From the NCBI GenBank assembly GCA_017616595.1, contig JAFZXV010000087.1, forward strand, positions 1,385 through 65,384: a stretch of 64,000 nt of DNA, written 5' to 3'. Numbering within the stretch: position 1 is the first letter of the stretch; each line of letters begins with the position of its first letter. Made by a program: the position numbers and the translations under genes. Origin of the DNA: Bacteroidales bacterium (GTDB lineage: Bacteria; Bacteroidota; Bacteroidia; Bacteroidales; UBA932). Below the pieces are notes generated by a model. That model was not told the origin of the DNA, did not search any database, and was given only the letters and a program-made list of their open reading frames with translations. Shown here piece after piece: positions 1 through 10,351 of this stretch.

Positions 1-162
1 AGCGGAGATGGTCTCGTAGTACTCCACCTTGGGGGTGTCGTTGCCACCGGGAGTCTCGTTGCCGCCGGGAGTCTCGTTGCCACCGGGATTCTCGGGCTCC
101 TTAGGTTCACAGGCGACGCAGGCTGCGGCGACTGCAAGCATAATCAAAAAGAATCTTTTCAT
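1..162 (-). CDS. Lipoprotein, N-terminal part only (gene runs off the window edge), with PGGNET repeats
   Basis: Manual translation from the ATG at 162: MKRFFLIMLAVAAACVACEPKEPENPGGNETPGGNETPGGNDTPKVEYY. Lipobox-like signal peptide. Not in the ORF track. Confidence 0.75.
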   Translation of the reverse strand, partial: MKRFFLIMLAVAAACVACEPKEPENPGGNETPGGNETPGGNDTPKVEYYETISA

Positions 163-188
163 AATGAATTAATTATTGAGGTTGGTGT

Positions 189-1391
189 TTAATCTGTAGT
201 GGATTCCTTGCCGTACATGGCAGTGCAGAGGCTCTTGAGCAGGGTGTGCTTGGAGTCGTCGTGACGGTACTCCCAAAACATCGCTCCGCCCAACTTCTTG
301 TCTATCACAAACTTACCCTTTTCCGCCACGGATTCGGCATCGTCGTATCCAAGGAGAATGGTGCCGGCTCCGTCTGTGAGATAGGGCACCTTTGCGGTGG
401 CGTCCCACTTGCGGTAGTTCTTGCCGGCGTAGGTGCCGGTGGTGGCATTGAGGATGTCTTCCATCTCGTTGAACTTGACGTCCGAGGCGTACGGGGTTAT
501 GCCGTGACCGTAGAAGGGCACGCCGAGGTTAAGGCGCGACAGGGCTATGCCTGCGTTCTGGTGCAGCTTGATGCTCTCTTCGCAGCTGGTCTGGTTGAAG
601 GTTGAAGACTTATACAGCGGAGAGTTGTGCTTGGGCGGCTTGCCCATGTCGTAGGTCATGACGTTAACGTAGTCCAGATAATCCATCGCACCCTTCCAGT
701 CCATGTATTTGGCGCTGGAAGAGGATGCGTAGGATATTATCTTGGTGTCGCCTATGGTCTCCCGGAGCTCCTTGAGCACGAGCACGAAGTTCTTGGGGTC
801 TGCGCTGCTCTGGCCGTTGGACGAAGGGCCGCCGCCGGGGTACTCCCAGTCGATGTCTATTCCGTCCAGGCCGTAGGTCTCTATGTGATCCTTGCAGGCC
901 TGGCAGAACTCGGTGCGCTTGGCCGGGTCGCGGGCCATCATGGAGAAGCCGTCGGCGTGCTCGCCCCATCCGCCTATCATCAGCAGCACCTTGAGGTCGG
1001 GCTTGCTCTTCTTGAGGGCTACGACCTTCTTGAGGAGGCCGGTCTCGGCAATCTTGATGCCGCCGTCTCCCGTCTTGGGGTTGACAAAACGGCCGTGGGC
1101 ATAGTTGATGTGCGTGAGGCAGCTGGCGTCCAGCGACGAGGCCGACGTGTACTCCGTAAGGTAGGCGATTATCCTGGGCGACTGGCCGAGGTACTCGGGC
1201 TTGCAGAGACTGGCGGTGGCGCTTGGCTCCTCCGTGCCGCTGTTATTGTTGTCGCCCGTCTGGCCCTGGTTCTCATCCGCCGCTGTTTTGTTGTCGGGTG
1301 CCGGGGGTTTGATATCCGACGGCTTCTCGCAGGAAACGGCGGCAAGGGCGATGGCCAGAGCCATCAGAAGCGCTCTGAAGATGGCCTTCAT
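189..1391 (-). CDS. GH18 glycoside hydrolase (chitinase-like) lipoprotein
   Basis: AVSC lipobox; THINYAH, LMIGGWG, DGIDIDWEYP, VMTYD and GAMFWEY motifs. Confidence 0.92.
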   Translation of the reverse strand: MKAIFRALLMALAIALAAVSCEKPSDIKPPAPDNKTAADENQGQTGDNNNSGTEEPSATASLCKPEYLGQSPRIIAYLTEYTSASSLDASCLTHINYAHGRFVNPKTGDGGIKIAETGLLKKVVALKKSKPDLKVLLMIGGWGEHADGFSMMARDPAKRTEFCQACKDHIETYGLDGIDIDWEYPGGGPSSNGQSSADPKNFVLVLKELRETIGDTKIISYASSSSAKYMDWKGAMDYLDYVNVMTYDMGKPPKHNSPLYKSSTFNQTSCEESIKLHQNAGIALSRLNLGVPFYGHGITPYASDVKFNEMEDILNATTGTYAGKNYRKWDATAKVPYLTDGAGTILLGYDDAESVAEKGKFVIDKKLGGAMFWEYRHDDSKHTLLKSLCTAMYGKESTTD

Positions 1392-1394
1392 ACG

Positions 1395-3281
1395 TTACCA
1401 GTTGACGGTTTGAGAAAGATGGTAGCCGCGCATCTTGTATTCGTCGATCTGCTGCTGGCCCACGGGAGCCATGTAGGAGCGGTCGAAGAAGGTCTCGCGG
1501 TTGGATGCGTTGCGCACGCAGTAGAAGCCAACCATCTGGTCTGCATTGGCGCCGTTGTACTTGACGACGGAGCCGTCTGCACGCTGCACCTGGAGAACGC
1601 CGATACGCGCGTTCATGAAGTTCTTGTTGACCTCGGGAGTGCCGGCCTCGGTGCCTGCCTCCTTGGGGAAGTCTACCCAGGGGCCGAGATACTTGTCGGG
1701 ATCGGTATCGTAGTCCATGTAGTCGAGCTTGTACCAGCGGAGGAGGTCCTTGATGCGGTTGCCCTCGTGGAGGAATTCCATGCGGCGCTCGCGGCGGATT
1801 TCCCAGATGAGTGCGGGCACGTCGCTGTCGCGCTTGGGATCCTTGGGGATGGATGCAATCTGCAGGTGCGCGGTCTTCTTGACGCCGGCTTTCTCTGCCG
1901 CTGCGGAGAGCGGACGGTCGCGGATGGCGTTGATGGACTTGTCGATGTCGGCCTGGGTGACTGCAGGGCCGCCGAAGGACTGTGCCAGCTCGGCCTTTGC
2001 CTCTATCCAGTTGAGCACGACCTCTGCAAGACGCATGATCGGGCAGTCGTTGGTATTGTAGATACCCTGCCAGTTGGCCAGCTTGTCGCCGGTCTTGTAG
2101 AAGTGGTCAAGAGCCTCGTAGGATGCGAACTTGTAGCAGTAGATCATGGTGTTGGACTTGATGTTGACCTGGTTCCAGAACGTATCGAAGAAACGGGGGT
2201 CGCGGGTCTTCACAAGGTTGGCTACGGAGAAGTCGTCCGCACCGGGAGTGCTGGAGATGCTCCAGGGCTTGCCGTCCTGGCAGTTGAACGCCTTGATGTA
2301 CTCGAGGTTGACGTTGCTGCCGGAGTCGGAACCGCCGTTGTAGGAGCCTATAGGATGGCGTACCTGGAGTGCCTCGTCGTAGTGACGGTAAAGCAGCACC
2401 TCGGGGTTGCCGGCGAGGTTCTCGGAAACGAACAGGTCTTTGAAGGAGCTTCCGAAGCTGTACTTGCCGCTGTTCATCACAACCTCGGCGGCCTTGACGG
2501 CCATCTCGAGATACTTCTTGGCGTGCTCGGAGTCGCAGTTGACCTTGCCGTCGCAGCCTTCCTCGCCGTCGTGATACTTCTGCCAGGTGCCCTCATACAG
2601 CATGAAGCGGGAGATGAAGGCGGCCGCAACGTACAGGTTGACGTTGTTGGCTCCGTCGTCGGGACGCATGTTCTCGAGCACGAATTCGCACATGTCGTAA
2701 ACCTTGTCCATGACCAGCTGACGGCTGTCGCGGTCTTTGTACTGGGTGTCGAAGTCAAGGTCGCGGACGGTGGTCTCGAAGTAAGGCACGTCGCCGAATA
2801 CGCCTACGAGGTCTGAATACTCATAGATCTTGAAGAAGTAGGCAATAGCCATCCAGTGGTTGTATTCCTCTTCCGTGAAATTGTCTTTGTACTCGTTCAG
2901 ACGGTCTATGAGGATATTGACCTTGTGGATGCGGGCAAAGCCCCAGCTGGGCCCGTAATACTGCTCGAAGCAGGAACGGGATTCGGAGGAAGAGCCGCGG
3001 GATGTAGGGACCTTGTTCTCGAAGCGGGACTGGGTACCCTCGGAAGTAAAGTCGTCGCAGAAGGAGGTGCCGCCGCGCACGGGGGCGAACTCCTGGCTCC
3101 AGTCTACTCCGTAACCCTCGAAATAGAGGGGATAGAAGCCGTTTACATAGAGCCGCACGTCTCCCTCGCCTCTCCAGAAGTTGTTGTCCACAACGGTGGT
3201 GAGGGCGGGACGGTCGAGCAGGTCTTCGCAGGAGCAGAGCAGCAAGAGGGATGCGGCTATGGCATATAATGACTTTTTCAT
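1395..3281 (-). CDS. SusD/RagB family nutrient-binding lipoprotein
   Basis: LCSC lipobox; FGDVPY, RDPRF, MRLAEVVLN and RRERRMEF motifs; directly downstream of a SusC gene. Confidence 0.93.
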   Translation of the reverse strand: MKKSLYAIAASLLLLCSCEDLLDRPALTTVVDNNFWRGEGDVRLYVNGFYPLYFEGYGVDWSQEFAPVRGGTSFCDDFTSEGTQSRFENKVPTSRGSSSESRSCFEQYYGPSWGFARIHKVNILIDRLNEYKDNFTEEEYNHWMAIAYFFKIYEYSDLVGVFGDVPYFETTVRDLDFDTQYKDRDSRQLVMDKVYDMCEFVLENMRPDDGANNVNLYVAAAFISRFMLYEGTWQKYHDGEEGCDGKVNCDSEHAKKYLEMAVKAAEVVMNSGKYSFGSSFKDLFVSENLAGNPEVLLYRHYDEALQVRHPIGSYNGGSDSGSNVNLEYIKAFNCQDGKPWSISSTPGADDFSVANLVKTRDPRFFDTFWNQVNIKSNTMIYCYKFASYEALDHFYKTGDKLANWQGIYNTNDCPIMRLAEVVLNWIEAKAELAQSFGGPAVTQADIDKSINAIRDRPLSAAAEKAGVKKTAHLQIASIPKDPKRDSDVPALIWEIRRERRMEFLHEGNRIKDLLRWYKLDYMDYDTDPDKYLGPWVDFPKEAGTEAGTPEVNKNFMNARIGVLQVQRADGSVVKYNGANADQMVGFYCVRNASNRETFFDRSYMAPVGQQQIDEYKMRGYHLSQTVNW

Positions 3282-3293
3282 AATCGTCGTCCT

Positions 3294-6200
3294 TTAGAAG
3301 TTAAGCTGTACACCAAAAGTCATAGTCTTGAAGACAGGGGTTGAAACACCGGTCCAACCCTGTGCGTAGTTGCTGCCCCACATGGAGTAGCCGGAGATGC
3401 ATTCAGGGTCGATGGGGAGGCCGCGGAGGTTGTCCCAGGTGAGGATGTTCTCTGCGGTAAAGTAGACGCGAAGCTTGGAGATGAAGACCTTCTTGGTGAG
3501 CTTGGCGGGAAGGGTATAACCTACGGTAAGGTTCTTGAGCCTCAGGTAGGCCATGTTGAGGATGTACCTGTCGTTCCTGATGTAGTTGTAGGCGTTTACG
3601 TTGGTCTCGCGTCCCATGTTGTAAGGGGCGGAGTAGTAAGCGTCGGTGTTCTCGGGAGTCCAGTAGTCGTCTGCGAAAGCTGCGGCCATTGCACCGTCGG
3701 AGGTGTAGAAACCGGCAACCGCAATAGGACCGGAACCCCAGATCTCACGCTTGCCCACACCCTGGAAGAATACGCTTACATCTACGCCCTTCCAGTCTGC
3801 GCCGAGGCGGAAGCTGTATTCGTAGCGGGGAGTCTCGTTACCGATGACCACCATGTCGCCGTGGTCGTCGACGGTCTGGGTGCCGCGGGTGAGCTTGCCG
3901 TCGCCGTTTGCGTCAACGTACTTGACGTCGCCGGGGCCGTAGTGGAATGAACTGCCCTCGAAGTAAGACTGATAAACGGGCTTCTCTCCGTTGGGGCCGG
4001 GCTTGAGGATGTAGGAATACTTGCCCCAGCAGGCCTCGTCGTCGGTATCTGCGGGACCGAGGGCGCGGTAGATGAGGTTGCCGTCGCCGTCGAGCTCGAA
4101 GTCGTCGAACTGATAGAGCCTGTCTGCCTTGAAGCCCCAGATTTCTCCGTAGGTCTTGCCCACGTACCAGCTGCTCAGGGCCGTGGTCTCGCCGTAGGCT
4201 GTAATCTTGGAGGTTGCGTCTGCAATCTGGAACATGGCGTTGAGGCCAAGGCCGTTGCGGAAGCGGTAGTTACCGTCTATCTGCACTTCCCAACCGTTGG
4301 TGCGCAGGGAGCCGAGGTTGGCCTTGGGAGCCGATGCGCCGTAGGTTACGGTGTTGACGCCGTCGGTAGGGACGATCATGCCCTCGGTATCGCGGATGTA
4401 GTAGTCTGCGGTTACGCCGATGTGGCTGTCCCAGAAGCGGGCGTCAAGACCCACGTCGGCAGTCTTGATCCTCTGCCAGGTGATATCGTCGGAAACCGTG
4501 GTAGGCGTGCCTGCGTAGCTCATGAGGGCTCCGTTGCCGCCGATCCACTGGTTCTGGCCTGTGGAAATCTGAGGGATGTAGAGGGATGAAGAAACGCTCT
4601 GGTCGCCCACGGAACCCCAGGATGCACGGAGCTTGAGGTTGGACACATAAGGCTTGGCGTTGGCCATCCAGGGCTCCTCGCTCACGCGCCAGCCGGCGGA
4701 GAAGGAAGGGAACCATGCCCAGCGGAGCTTGGTGGGGAACTTGGAGGAACCGTCGCGGCGGATATTGGCCTCGAGCAGGTAGCGGTCTTTGAAGTTGTAG
4801 TTCAGACGGCCGAAGAAGCCGAGCTGCGACTCCCAGGAAGCCTTGCCGGAACCTGTCCAGACGCCGGTACCGAATGCAAACTGAGGATTGGAGTAATCGG
4901 AAAGGTTTGCTACGCGGGTGGTCTGGCCGGTGCGGTCGTAGGTAGAGAGGTTCATACCCACCATGGCCTTGATTGTGTGAGCGTCGGCTATGTTGAGGGT
5001 GTAGTCGGTGTAGCCGTTGAAGGTGTGGCGGTAGGAATTCTCGTGCGAGCGGGAGAGGAAGTGGATGTCGTTGTTCTGCACGTAGTCTTCCTGGTACGGG
5101 AAGTAGTAGGCCGGCTGGGCGCCCTCGGCTGTGGAGGGAACCACGTTGCCGTCGTTGTCGACGTACACCTGGTTGCCGTTGGCGTCGATGTACTCGACGG
5201 GGGTGGTACTCTTCCAGTTGGCTGCGGAGAAGGTGGTACCCGGCAGGGTCTGGATGTACTCCTGATTGGAGAAGGTGTAGTCTGCCACTATGTTCCAGTT
5301 CTTGACCGGAGTGATGGTGGTGCCCAGGTTGACGTTGTTATAGTTGTACTGCAACGATGCGGTGTTGGCCTGCACCGACTCGGAGAACACGCCGCGGAAG
5401 ATGTGGCCCATCTCGTCGTAACCGTAGGGGAAGACGGGAGACCAGCGGTACAGATACAGCCAGGGGCTGTAGGAGGTGCTTTCCGCGATGAGGGGATACC
5501 TCTTGGTACGGGTGGAATACATCATGCCGGCGCGGACGGTGAGCCACTCCTTGACCTCGGTCTCCAGCTTTACGGAGGCGTTGTACTTGGAGAAGTCGTC
5601 GGTGGTGGTCTTCATCATACCGCTCTGGTAGACGTAGCCGAGGCCGATGTTGAAGGTGGTCTTGCCGGTCTTGCCGCTGATGCTCACGGAGTGCTGGTTG
5701 GAGGGGGCGTTCTCACGTACGAGGTAATCGTAGATATTGTAGATACGCACGCCGTAGTTGGTGCCGCCGCTGTAGTACCAGTCTCGTCCGTACACGATAG
5801 GGTCGTTGGGACCGAGCTCGCGTACGCTGCCGCCCTTGCCGTACTTGCTCCACCACTCACGGGAACGCTGGATGGCTTCCATGTCTGTGCTGAAGTAAGA
5901 ACCGGCCCTGACGCCGTCGTAGTTGTAGCCGCCGGGAGTCCACTGTGCAGGGTCTGCGCCCTCGCTGTAGCTGATCTTGGAACGGGCGGCCGCATCCAGC
6001 ATGTACTGGAGGCCGTTGACGCCTGCCATGTCGTAGTCCTTGGCGAGGTTCTCCCAAGACATCATACCGTTGTAGGAAACGGTAATCTGGTCTGTCTTGG
6101 CGCCCTTCTTGGTGGTGATGAGGATGACGCCGAACGCCGCCTTTGCACCGTAGATGGAGGTGGAGGCCGCATCCTTGAGCACGGAGATGGACTCCACGTC

Positions 6201-6797
6201 GTCTGTGTTGACGACCTGCAGGGAGGGAACCTCTACGTTGTCTACGAGGATGAGGGGGCTTGCGCCGCCTTCAAGGGATGCGATGGCGCCGCGGATGCGG
6301 ATGCGGGCGTCGGAACCGACCTCGGCATCGGGGAGGGTTACCGACAGACCGGCCGCCACGCCCTGGAGGCCACGGCCGACGTCAGGGATGGAACGGCCTG
6401 CGAGGGACTGGCCCACATCGACCGTAGATACGGCGCCCGTGAGGTTGGCCCTGGACTGGACCGCGTAACCCACGACGACTGCATCTTCAAGAAGTGTGTT
6501 GTCTTCTTCCAGCACTATGTTTACGTGCTGGCCCGGTTTTACGGTAAGGGTCTGGGACTTGAAGCCCAGGCAGGAGACCGTGATGCGGGATGTCGTGGGA
6601 GAGAAGGAGAATGCGCCGTCGTTGTCTACCATCGTGTACGACTTCTGATTCTCGTCCGCGATGACGGCCCCGATGACGGGATTCCCCTTGGCGTCTTTAA
6701 CGACACCTGTAATCTTGTCTCCGGGTGCCGCGAATGCCTGCACCGCAGAGAGTGCCAGCATCAGCATCGCGAAGAAAAAACTGGAGAACTTTTTCAT
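3294..6797 (-). CDS. SusC/RagA TonB-dependent outer-membrane transporter
   Basis: N-terminal carboxypeptidase-regulatory-like domain; plug motif SISVLKDAASTSIYGAKAAFGVILITTK; YLRLKN; C-terminal F. Confidence 0.95.
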   Translation of the reverse strand: MKKFSSFFFAMLMLALSAVQAFAAPGDKITGVVKDAKGNPVIGAVIADENQKSYTMVDNDGAFSFSPTTSRITVSCLGFKSQTLTVKPGQHVNIVLEEDNTLLEDAVVVGYAVQSRANLTGAVSTVDVGQSLAGRSIPDVGRGLQGVAAGLSVTLPDAEVGSDARIRIRGAIASLEGGASPLILVDNVEVPSLQVVNTDDVESISVLKDAASTSIYGAKAAFGVILITTKKGAKTDQITVSYNGMMSWENLAKDYDMAGVNGLQYMLDAAARSKISYSEGADPAQWTPGGYNYDGVRAGSYFSTDMEAIQRSREWWSKYGKGGSVRELGPNDPIVYGRDWYYSGGTNYGVRIYNIYDYLVRENAPSNQHSVSISGKTGKTTFNIGLGYVYQSGMMKTTTDDFSKYNASVKLETEVKEWLTVRAGMMYSTRTKRYPLIAESTSYSPWLYLYRWSPVFPYGYDEMGHIFRGVFSESVQANTASLQYNYNNVNLGTTITPVKNWNIVADYTFSNQEYIQTLPGTTFSAANWKSTTPVEYIDANGNQVYVDNDGNVVPSTAEGAQPAYYFPYQEDYVQNNDIHFLSRSHENSYRHTFNGYTDYTLNIADAHTIKAMVGMNLSTYDRTGQTTRVANLSDYSNPQFAFGTGVWTGSGKASWESQLGFFGRLNYNFKDRYLLEANIRRDGSSKFPTKLRWAWFPSFSAGWRVSEEPWMANAKPYVSNLKLRASWGSVGDQSVSSSLYIPQISTGQNQWIGGNGALMSYAGTPTTVSDDITWQRIKTADVGLDARFWDSHIGVTADYYIRDTEGMIVPTDGVNTVTYGASAPKANLGSLRTNGWEVQIDGNYRFRNGLGLNAMFQIADATSKITAYGETTALSSWYVGKTYGEIWGFKADRLYQFDDFELDGDGNLIYRALGPADTDDEACWGKYSYILKPGPNGEKPVYQSYFEGSSFHYGPGDVKYVDANGDGKLTRGTQTVDDHGDMVVIGNETPRYEYSFRLGADWKGVDVSVFFQGVGKREIWGSGPIAVAGFYTSDGAMAAAFADDYWTPENTDAYYSAPYNMGRETNVNAYNYIRNDRYILNMAYLRLKNLTVGYTLPAKLTKKVFISKLRVYFTAENILTWDNLRGLPIDPECISGYSMWGSNYAQGWTGVSTPVFKTMTFGVQLNF

Positions 6798-6853
6798 TTT
6801 TTCCTTTGGTTAATATTTATAGATTAGTTGAGTGTTTTATCGGCTCTGAATTA

Positions 6854-6884
6854 CAAATTTAATAAATAGGTAAAAGTTCGCAAA
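6854..6884 (-). promoter_or_regulatory. Bacteroidetes sigma-A promoter for susC (TTTG-N19-TAAATTTG)
   Basis: On the minus strand, TTTG at 6884-6881 and TAaaTTTG at 6861-6854, with canonical spacing. Confidence 0.6.
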
Positions 6885-6889
6885 TATTT

Positions 6890-8887
6890 TTACAAATTAG
6901 TGAACTCTATCCTGTAAATTTTAGAAGTGCTGCCGTCGTCGCCTACATAGACACAACCGTTGGGACGGTCTACGAGCACAGACTCGGCGTTGCCCACAAA
7001 GCTTACGTCGTACATCGCGAGCAGCTCCGTCACCTCGCCGTCAAACACAAAGAGCTTGTGTGCCTCGGAATCGGTTACCCAAAGCCAGTCTTTCTCTGCG
7101 TCGTAGCAAAGGCCGCCCACCTCTTCTATCTGCGCGGCTATGGTTCCAAGCTGCTTCTTCCAGATTTTGGTGCCGTCCAGCTTGTAAGCCCACAGGGTTG
7201 CTCCGGTCTGGGCTCCGACGTAAAGCACGTCATTCTTGTAGTAGGCTATGCCCTCGAGGCCGGAGTTGCCGAAGTTGGCCGCTTCTTCTACGTAGAAGGC
7301 CTTGGTCTTGGAGCTGTAGGCGGGGGCCGCAAGCTTGTCTACGCGGTCTGCCTCCTTGGCAAAGTAAAGGTCTTTGGTAACGGGATGGATGGTTACGTCT
7401 TCAAGGTCGGAACCAGTTGACAGATATTTGGTTACGGTCTGGAAATCAAGGGATATTTTGTAAATGTCGCCCTCGTCTCCAACACCCCAGATGAAGTCTC
7501 TGTCTGCGCTGAAGCAGATGCCGGAAAGCTCCTGCACGGAAGAGTCGAACACCGTGCGTGTGTAGCTGCCCTGGACAGGCATTCCCTCCGCATTGGTGAA
7601 GGGCTCGATAGTTACTGAAACGCAACGCACGGAACCGCCGCGGGCCTTGGTCTGCGCGGAGATCACCGACTTGGGACCTTCGTATATGTACTGGCCGTAT
7701 GCATTGGAGGGTACGTCGCCGTCGTGATGGGAGTTCCAGATGTCTGTGCTGGTGCCGAATCCGGTGATGTTTCCGTCTGTTCCGAAATAGCCCGGAAGGG
7801 GGAAGACCGCCACGGGCTTGCCCGTCGTAAACCAGTGGGCATCAGCATTATACTGCCATCCGTTGGCAGATGTGAGATCTGTGCGGAAGATGCCGGTTGC
7901 GTCTTCTCTCTTGGGCACCTTGTAGCCTGCGGGGCAAGGGTCGTAGATGGTCTTGGCGCTGCTCTTGTCGCCCCAGAAATCGCCGTTGGATGTGGTGTTC
8001 CAGTCGCCGTTTACGTTGGCAAAGAGAGTGGGCTGTTCGATGGACTTTGCGTCGTTTATCTTGGCGCCGCTGAGGGTCATCCCGAAACCTGCTACGGCCT
8101 GCGCCGGGAACGGGTCTTTACGGCCCCACTGGTAGTGCAGGCCGAGGGCGCGGGAATCAACCGGAGAGGAGCTTGCCTCGGCGTCTACCAGGGCGCCCAG
8201 GTTGCGGCTCATCATCTTGTAAGAAGAGATGCCGTAAGTGCTGCCTCCAATCTCTGTTGCCGGAATCCATATGTGCCAGCTCCACAGCACTTTACCTGAT
8301 GCGTCAAAGGCCGCGATGAGGGCATTTCCGGGCACCAGCACGGAAGGGGTTTTGAAGGTGATGAAGTTGCCGTCTACGCCTGCACTTTCTATGACGCTGT
8401 AGCGTGCGGGGGCAACGTCTGTATTGACGGTTTCCCATATGATCCTGGCCTTGGCCACGGTGCCCACGGAGGAGCTTCCGTTGCCCTTTACCGCCTTGAT
8501 CTTATATGCGCCGGGAGCGCTTACGATATAGCAGTTTGCAGTTGCGGAAGCACTGAGATTGGTGAAGGGGCCGGCAGGGGCTGCGGGGACGTTGTCGTCG
8601 TCGGGATAGAGGGCCGATTGCTCTCCGCCGTTGCCGCCACCTCCATTGTCGTCGCCACCATTATCGTCGCCGCCATTATCATCTCCTCCGTTCTGATCTC
8701 CACCGTTGTCATCACCTCCATTCTCCTCGCCGCCATTCTCTTGGCCTCCGTTCCCGTTGCCGGGCTCCTGGGCTGCGGTTTTGTCTGTAGGTGCCGGGGG
8801 TACGGGCTCATCCGTAGGCGTACATGAAAAAAACACCAGTACGCAGACGAGCAGGATGCTTAGAATTCTGAATAAAGACTTTTTCAT
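6890..8887 (-). CDS. Lipoprotein: GGDDN linker, ANCY...SVRCV lectin-like domain and SdiA-regulated/YjiK-like beta-propeller
   Basis: FFSC lipobox; ANCYIV, WSWHIW, RNLGA, YQWGRKDPF, YDPCP and SVRCV motifs; then ELSGICF...LEGIAY propeller repeats. Confidence 0.75.
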   Translation of the reverse strand: MKKSLFRILSILLVCVLVFFSCTPTDEPVPPAPTDKTAAQEPGNGNGGQENGGEENGGDDNGGDQNGGDDNGGDDNGGDDNGGGGNGGEQSALYPDDDNVPAAPAGPFTNLSASATANCYIVSAPGAYKIKAVKGNGSSSVGTVAKARIIWETVNTDVAPARYSVIESAGVDGNFITFKTPSVLVPGNALIAAFDASGKVLWSWHIWIPATEIGGSTYGISSYKMMSRNLGALVDAEASSSPVDSRALGLHYQWGRKDPFPAQAVAGFGMTLSGAKINDAKSIEQPTLFANVNGDWNTTSNGDFWGDKSSAKTIYDPCPAGYKVPKREDATGIFRTDLTSANGWQYNADAHWFTTGKPVAVFPLPGYFGTDGNITGFGTSTDIWNSHHDGDVPSNAYGQYIYEGPKSVISAQTKARGGSVRCVSVTIEPFTNAEGMPVQGSYTRTVFDSSVQELSGICFSADRDFIWGVGDEGDIYKISLDFQTVTKYLSTGSDLEDVTIHPVTKDLYFAKEADRVDKLAAPAYSSKTKAFYVEEAANFGNSGLEGIAYYKNDVLYVGAQTGATLWAYKLDGTKIWKKQLGTIAAQIEEVGGLCYDAEKDWLWVTDSEAHKLFVFDGEVTELLAMYDVSFVGNAESVLVDRPNGCVYVGDDGSTSKIYRIEFTNL
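8625..8760 (-). repeat. Degenerate 15-bp coding tandem repeat (GGDDN/GGEEN linker)
   Basis: Protein reads NGGQENGGEENGGDDNGGDQNGGDDNGGDDNGGDDNGG. Confidence 0.75.
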
Positions 8888-9080
8888 CGTGTTATATTAC
8901 GTAGTAAGTGCAAATTTACCCCATAATACAGGCGATTTGGCGCAAAATGCGGATTTTTATACACAATTCGCGAAATGATGCACTTCGGAGGCTCCTGCCA
9001 GGTTTCATCCTAAAAAATAATTGTATATTTTTGTCATAACACTTAGATAAAACTACCGACCAACTGAAAAAACTTGGCTT

Positions 9081-10322
9081 ATGATAAAGAAATTGCTTAC
9101 GGTGGCCGCAATAGCCGCCGGAGTTTTCCTTTCCCCTTCGTGCCAGAAGCCGGACGACATCACGCCCCCAGCTCCTGAGAACAAAACCGCAGCTCCGGAA
9201 GGGCAGGAAAACAACGGAAGCGGCTCCGGAAGCGGCTCCGGGGAGGGCTCCGGTTCAACCGCATCCGGCACCCTCTGCACAGACATCGGCCAGACGCCCA
9301 TCGTGCTCACCTACTTTACCGAGTACAACGAGAAACTGCCCGACCCGTCCATCATAACCCACATCAACTACGCCCACGGCCGCTTCAAGAACCCCAAGAC
9401 CGGAGACGGCGGCATAGTCATCACCGAGTCCAAGCAAGTGCCCATCAGCAAGGTAATCGCCCTCAAGGAGAAGAACCCCAGACTCAAGGTCATGGTCATG
9501 ATAGGCGGCTGGGGAGGCCATGCCGACGGCTTCTCGATGATGGCCAAAGACCCGGCCAAACGCACGGAATTCTGCCACTCCGTGCACGAGAACATCAAGA
9601 AGTTCAAACTGGACGGCGTAGACATAGACTGGGAGTACCCCACCCAGAGCGCAGACAACGAGACCGGCTGCGACCCTAACGACACCAAGAACTTCAACCT
9701 AGTGCTGAAGGAGCTCCGGGACACCCTGGGCACAGACAAGATAATCTCCTTTGCATCTTCTTCCAGCGCCAAATACGTAGACTGGAAAACCGCAATGAAG
9801 TATCTCGACTACGTAAACGTGATGACCTACGACATGGGCGCAGCCCCCAGCGGGCACAACTCCCCGCTGCACAAGAGCGCCATGTTCAACCACCGCAGCT
9901 GGGACGAGAGCATAGAGGCCCACGTGAAGGGCGGCGTGCCCAAGAACCGCCAGGTAATGGGCATCCCCCTCTACGGCAAATCCAAGAAAAACCCCTCCTC
10001 CAGCGAGAAGATATTCGAGTATTCCGTCAAATACTACGAGATTCCGGACATCCTGGAGAAGGGCATGTACCGCGGCAAGCCGCTCGCCCGTCCCGTCTAC
10101 CGCAGATGGGAGTCCACTTCCATGGTCCCCTATCTTGTGGATGACGCCGGCGTGAACGTCCTCTCCTACGACGATCCCGAATCCGTAACCGCCAAGGGAG
10201 AATACGTCAAGAAAGACGGCGAACTGGGCGCGATGTTCTGGGAATACCGTTACGACGACGACAACCGCTCGCTCATAAAATCGCTTGTAAAAGCACTTTA
10301 CGGCAAGGAAACGATATTGTAA
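9081..10322 (+). CDS. GH18 glycoside hydrolase lipoprotein
   Basis: Lipobox Cys; MIGGWG, DGVDIDWEYP, VMTYD and GAMFWEY motifs. Confidence 0.92.
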   Translation: MIKKLLTVAAIAAGVFLSPSCQKPDDITPPAPENKTAAPEGQENNGSGSGSGSGEGSGSTASGTLCTDIGQTPIVLTYFTEYNEKLPDPSIITHINYAHGRFKNPKTGDGGIVITESKQVPISKVIALKEKNPRLKVMVMIGGWGGHADGFSMMAKDPAKRTEFCHSVHENIKKFKLDGVDIDWEYPTQSADNETGCDPNDTKNFNLVLKELRDTLGTDKIISFASSSSAKYVDWKTAMKYLDYVNVMTYDMGAAPSGHNSPLHKSAMFNHRSWDESIEAHVKGGVPKNRQVMGIPLYGKSKKNPSSSEKIFEYSVKYYEIPDILEKGMYRGKPLARPVYRRWESTSMVPYLVDDAGVNVLSYDDPESVTAKGEYVKKDGELGAMFWEYRYDDDNRSLIKSLVKALYGKETIL

Positions 10323-10351
10323 CATTCAATACTAACCAACAACTATTCACA

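Noticed and set aside
627-2816. Long antisense ORFs (also 4977-6827, 11252-12829, 16763-18310, 35307-37505 and others)
   Set aside because: Shadow ORFs opposite well-supported genes, expected from GC-rich codon bias
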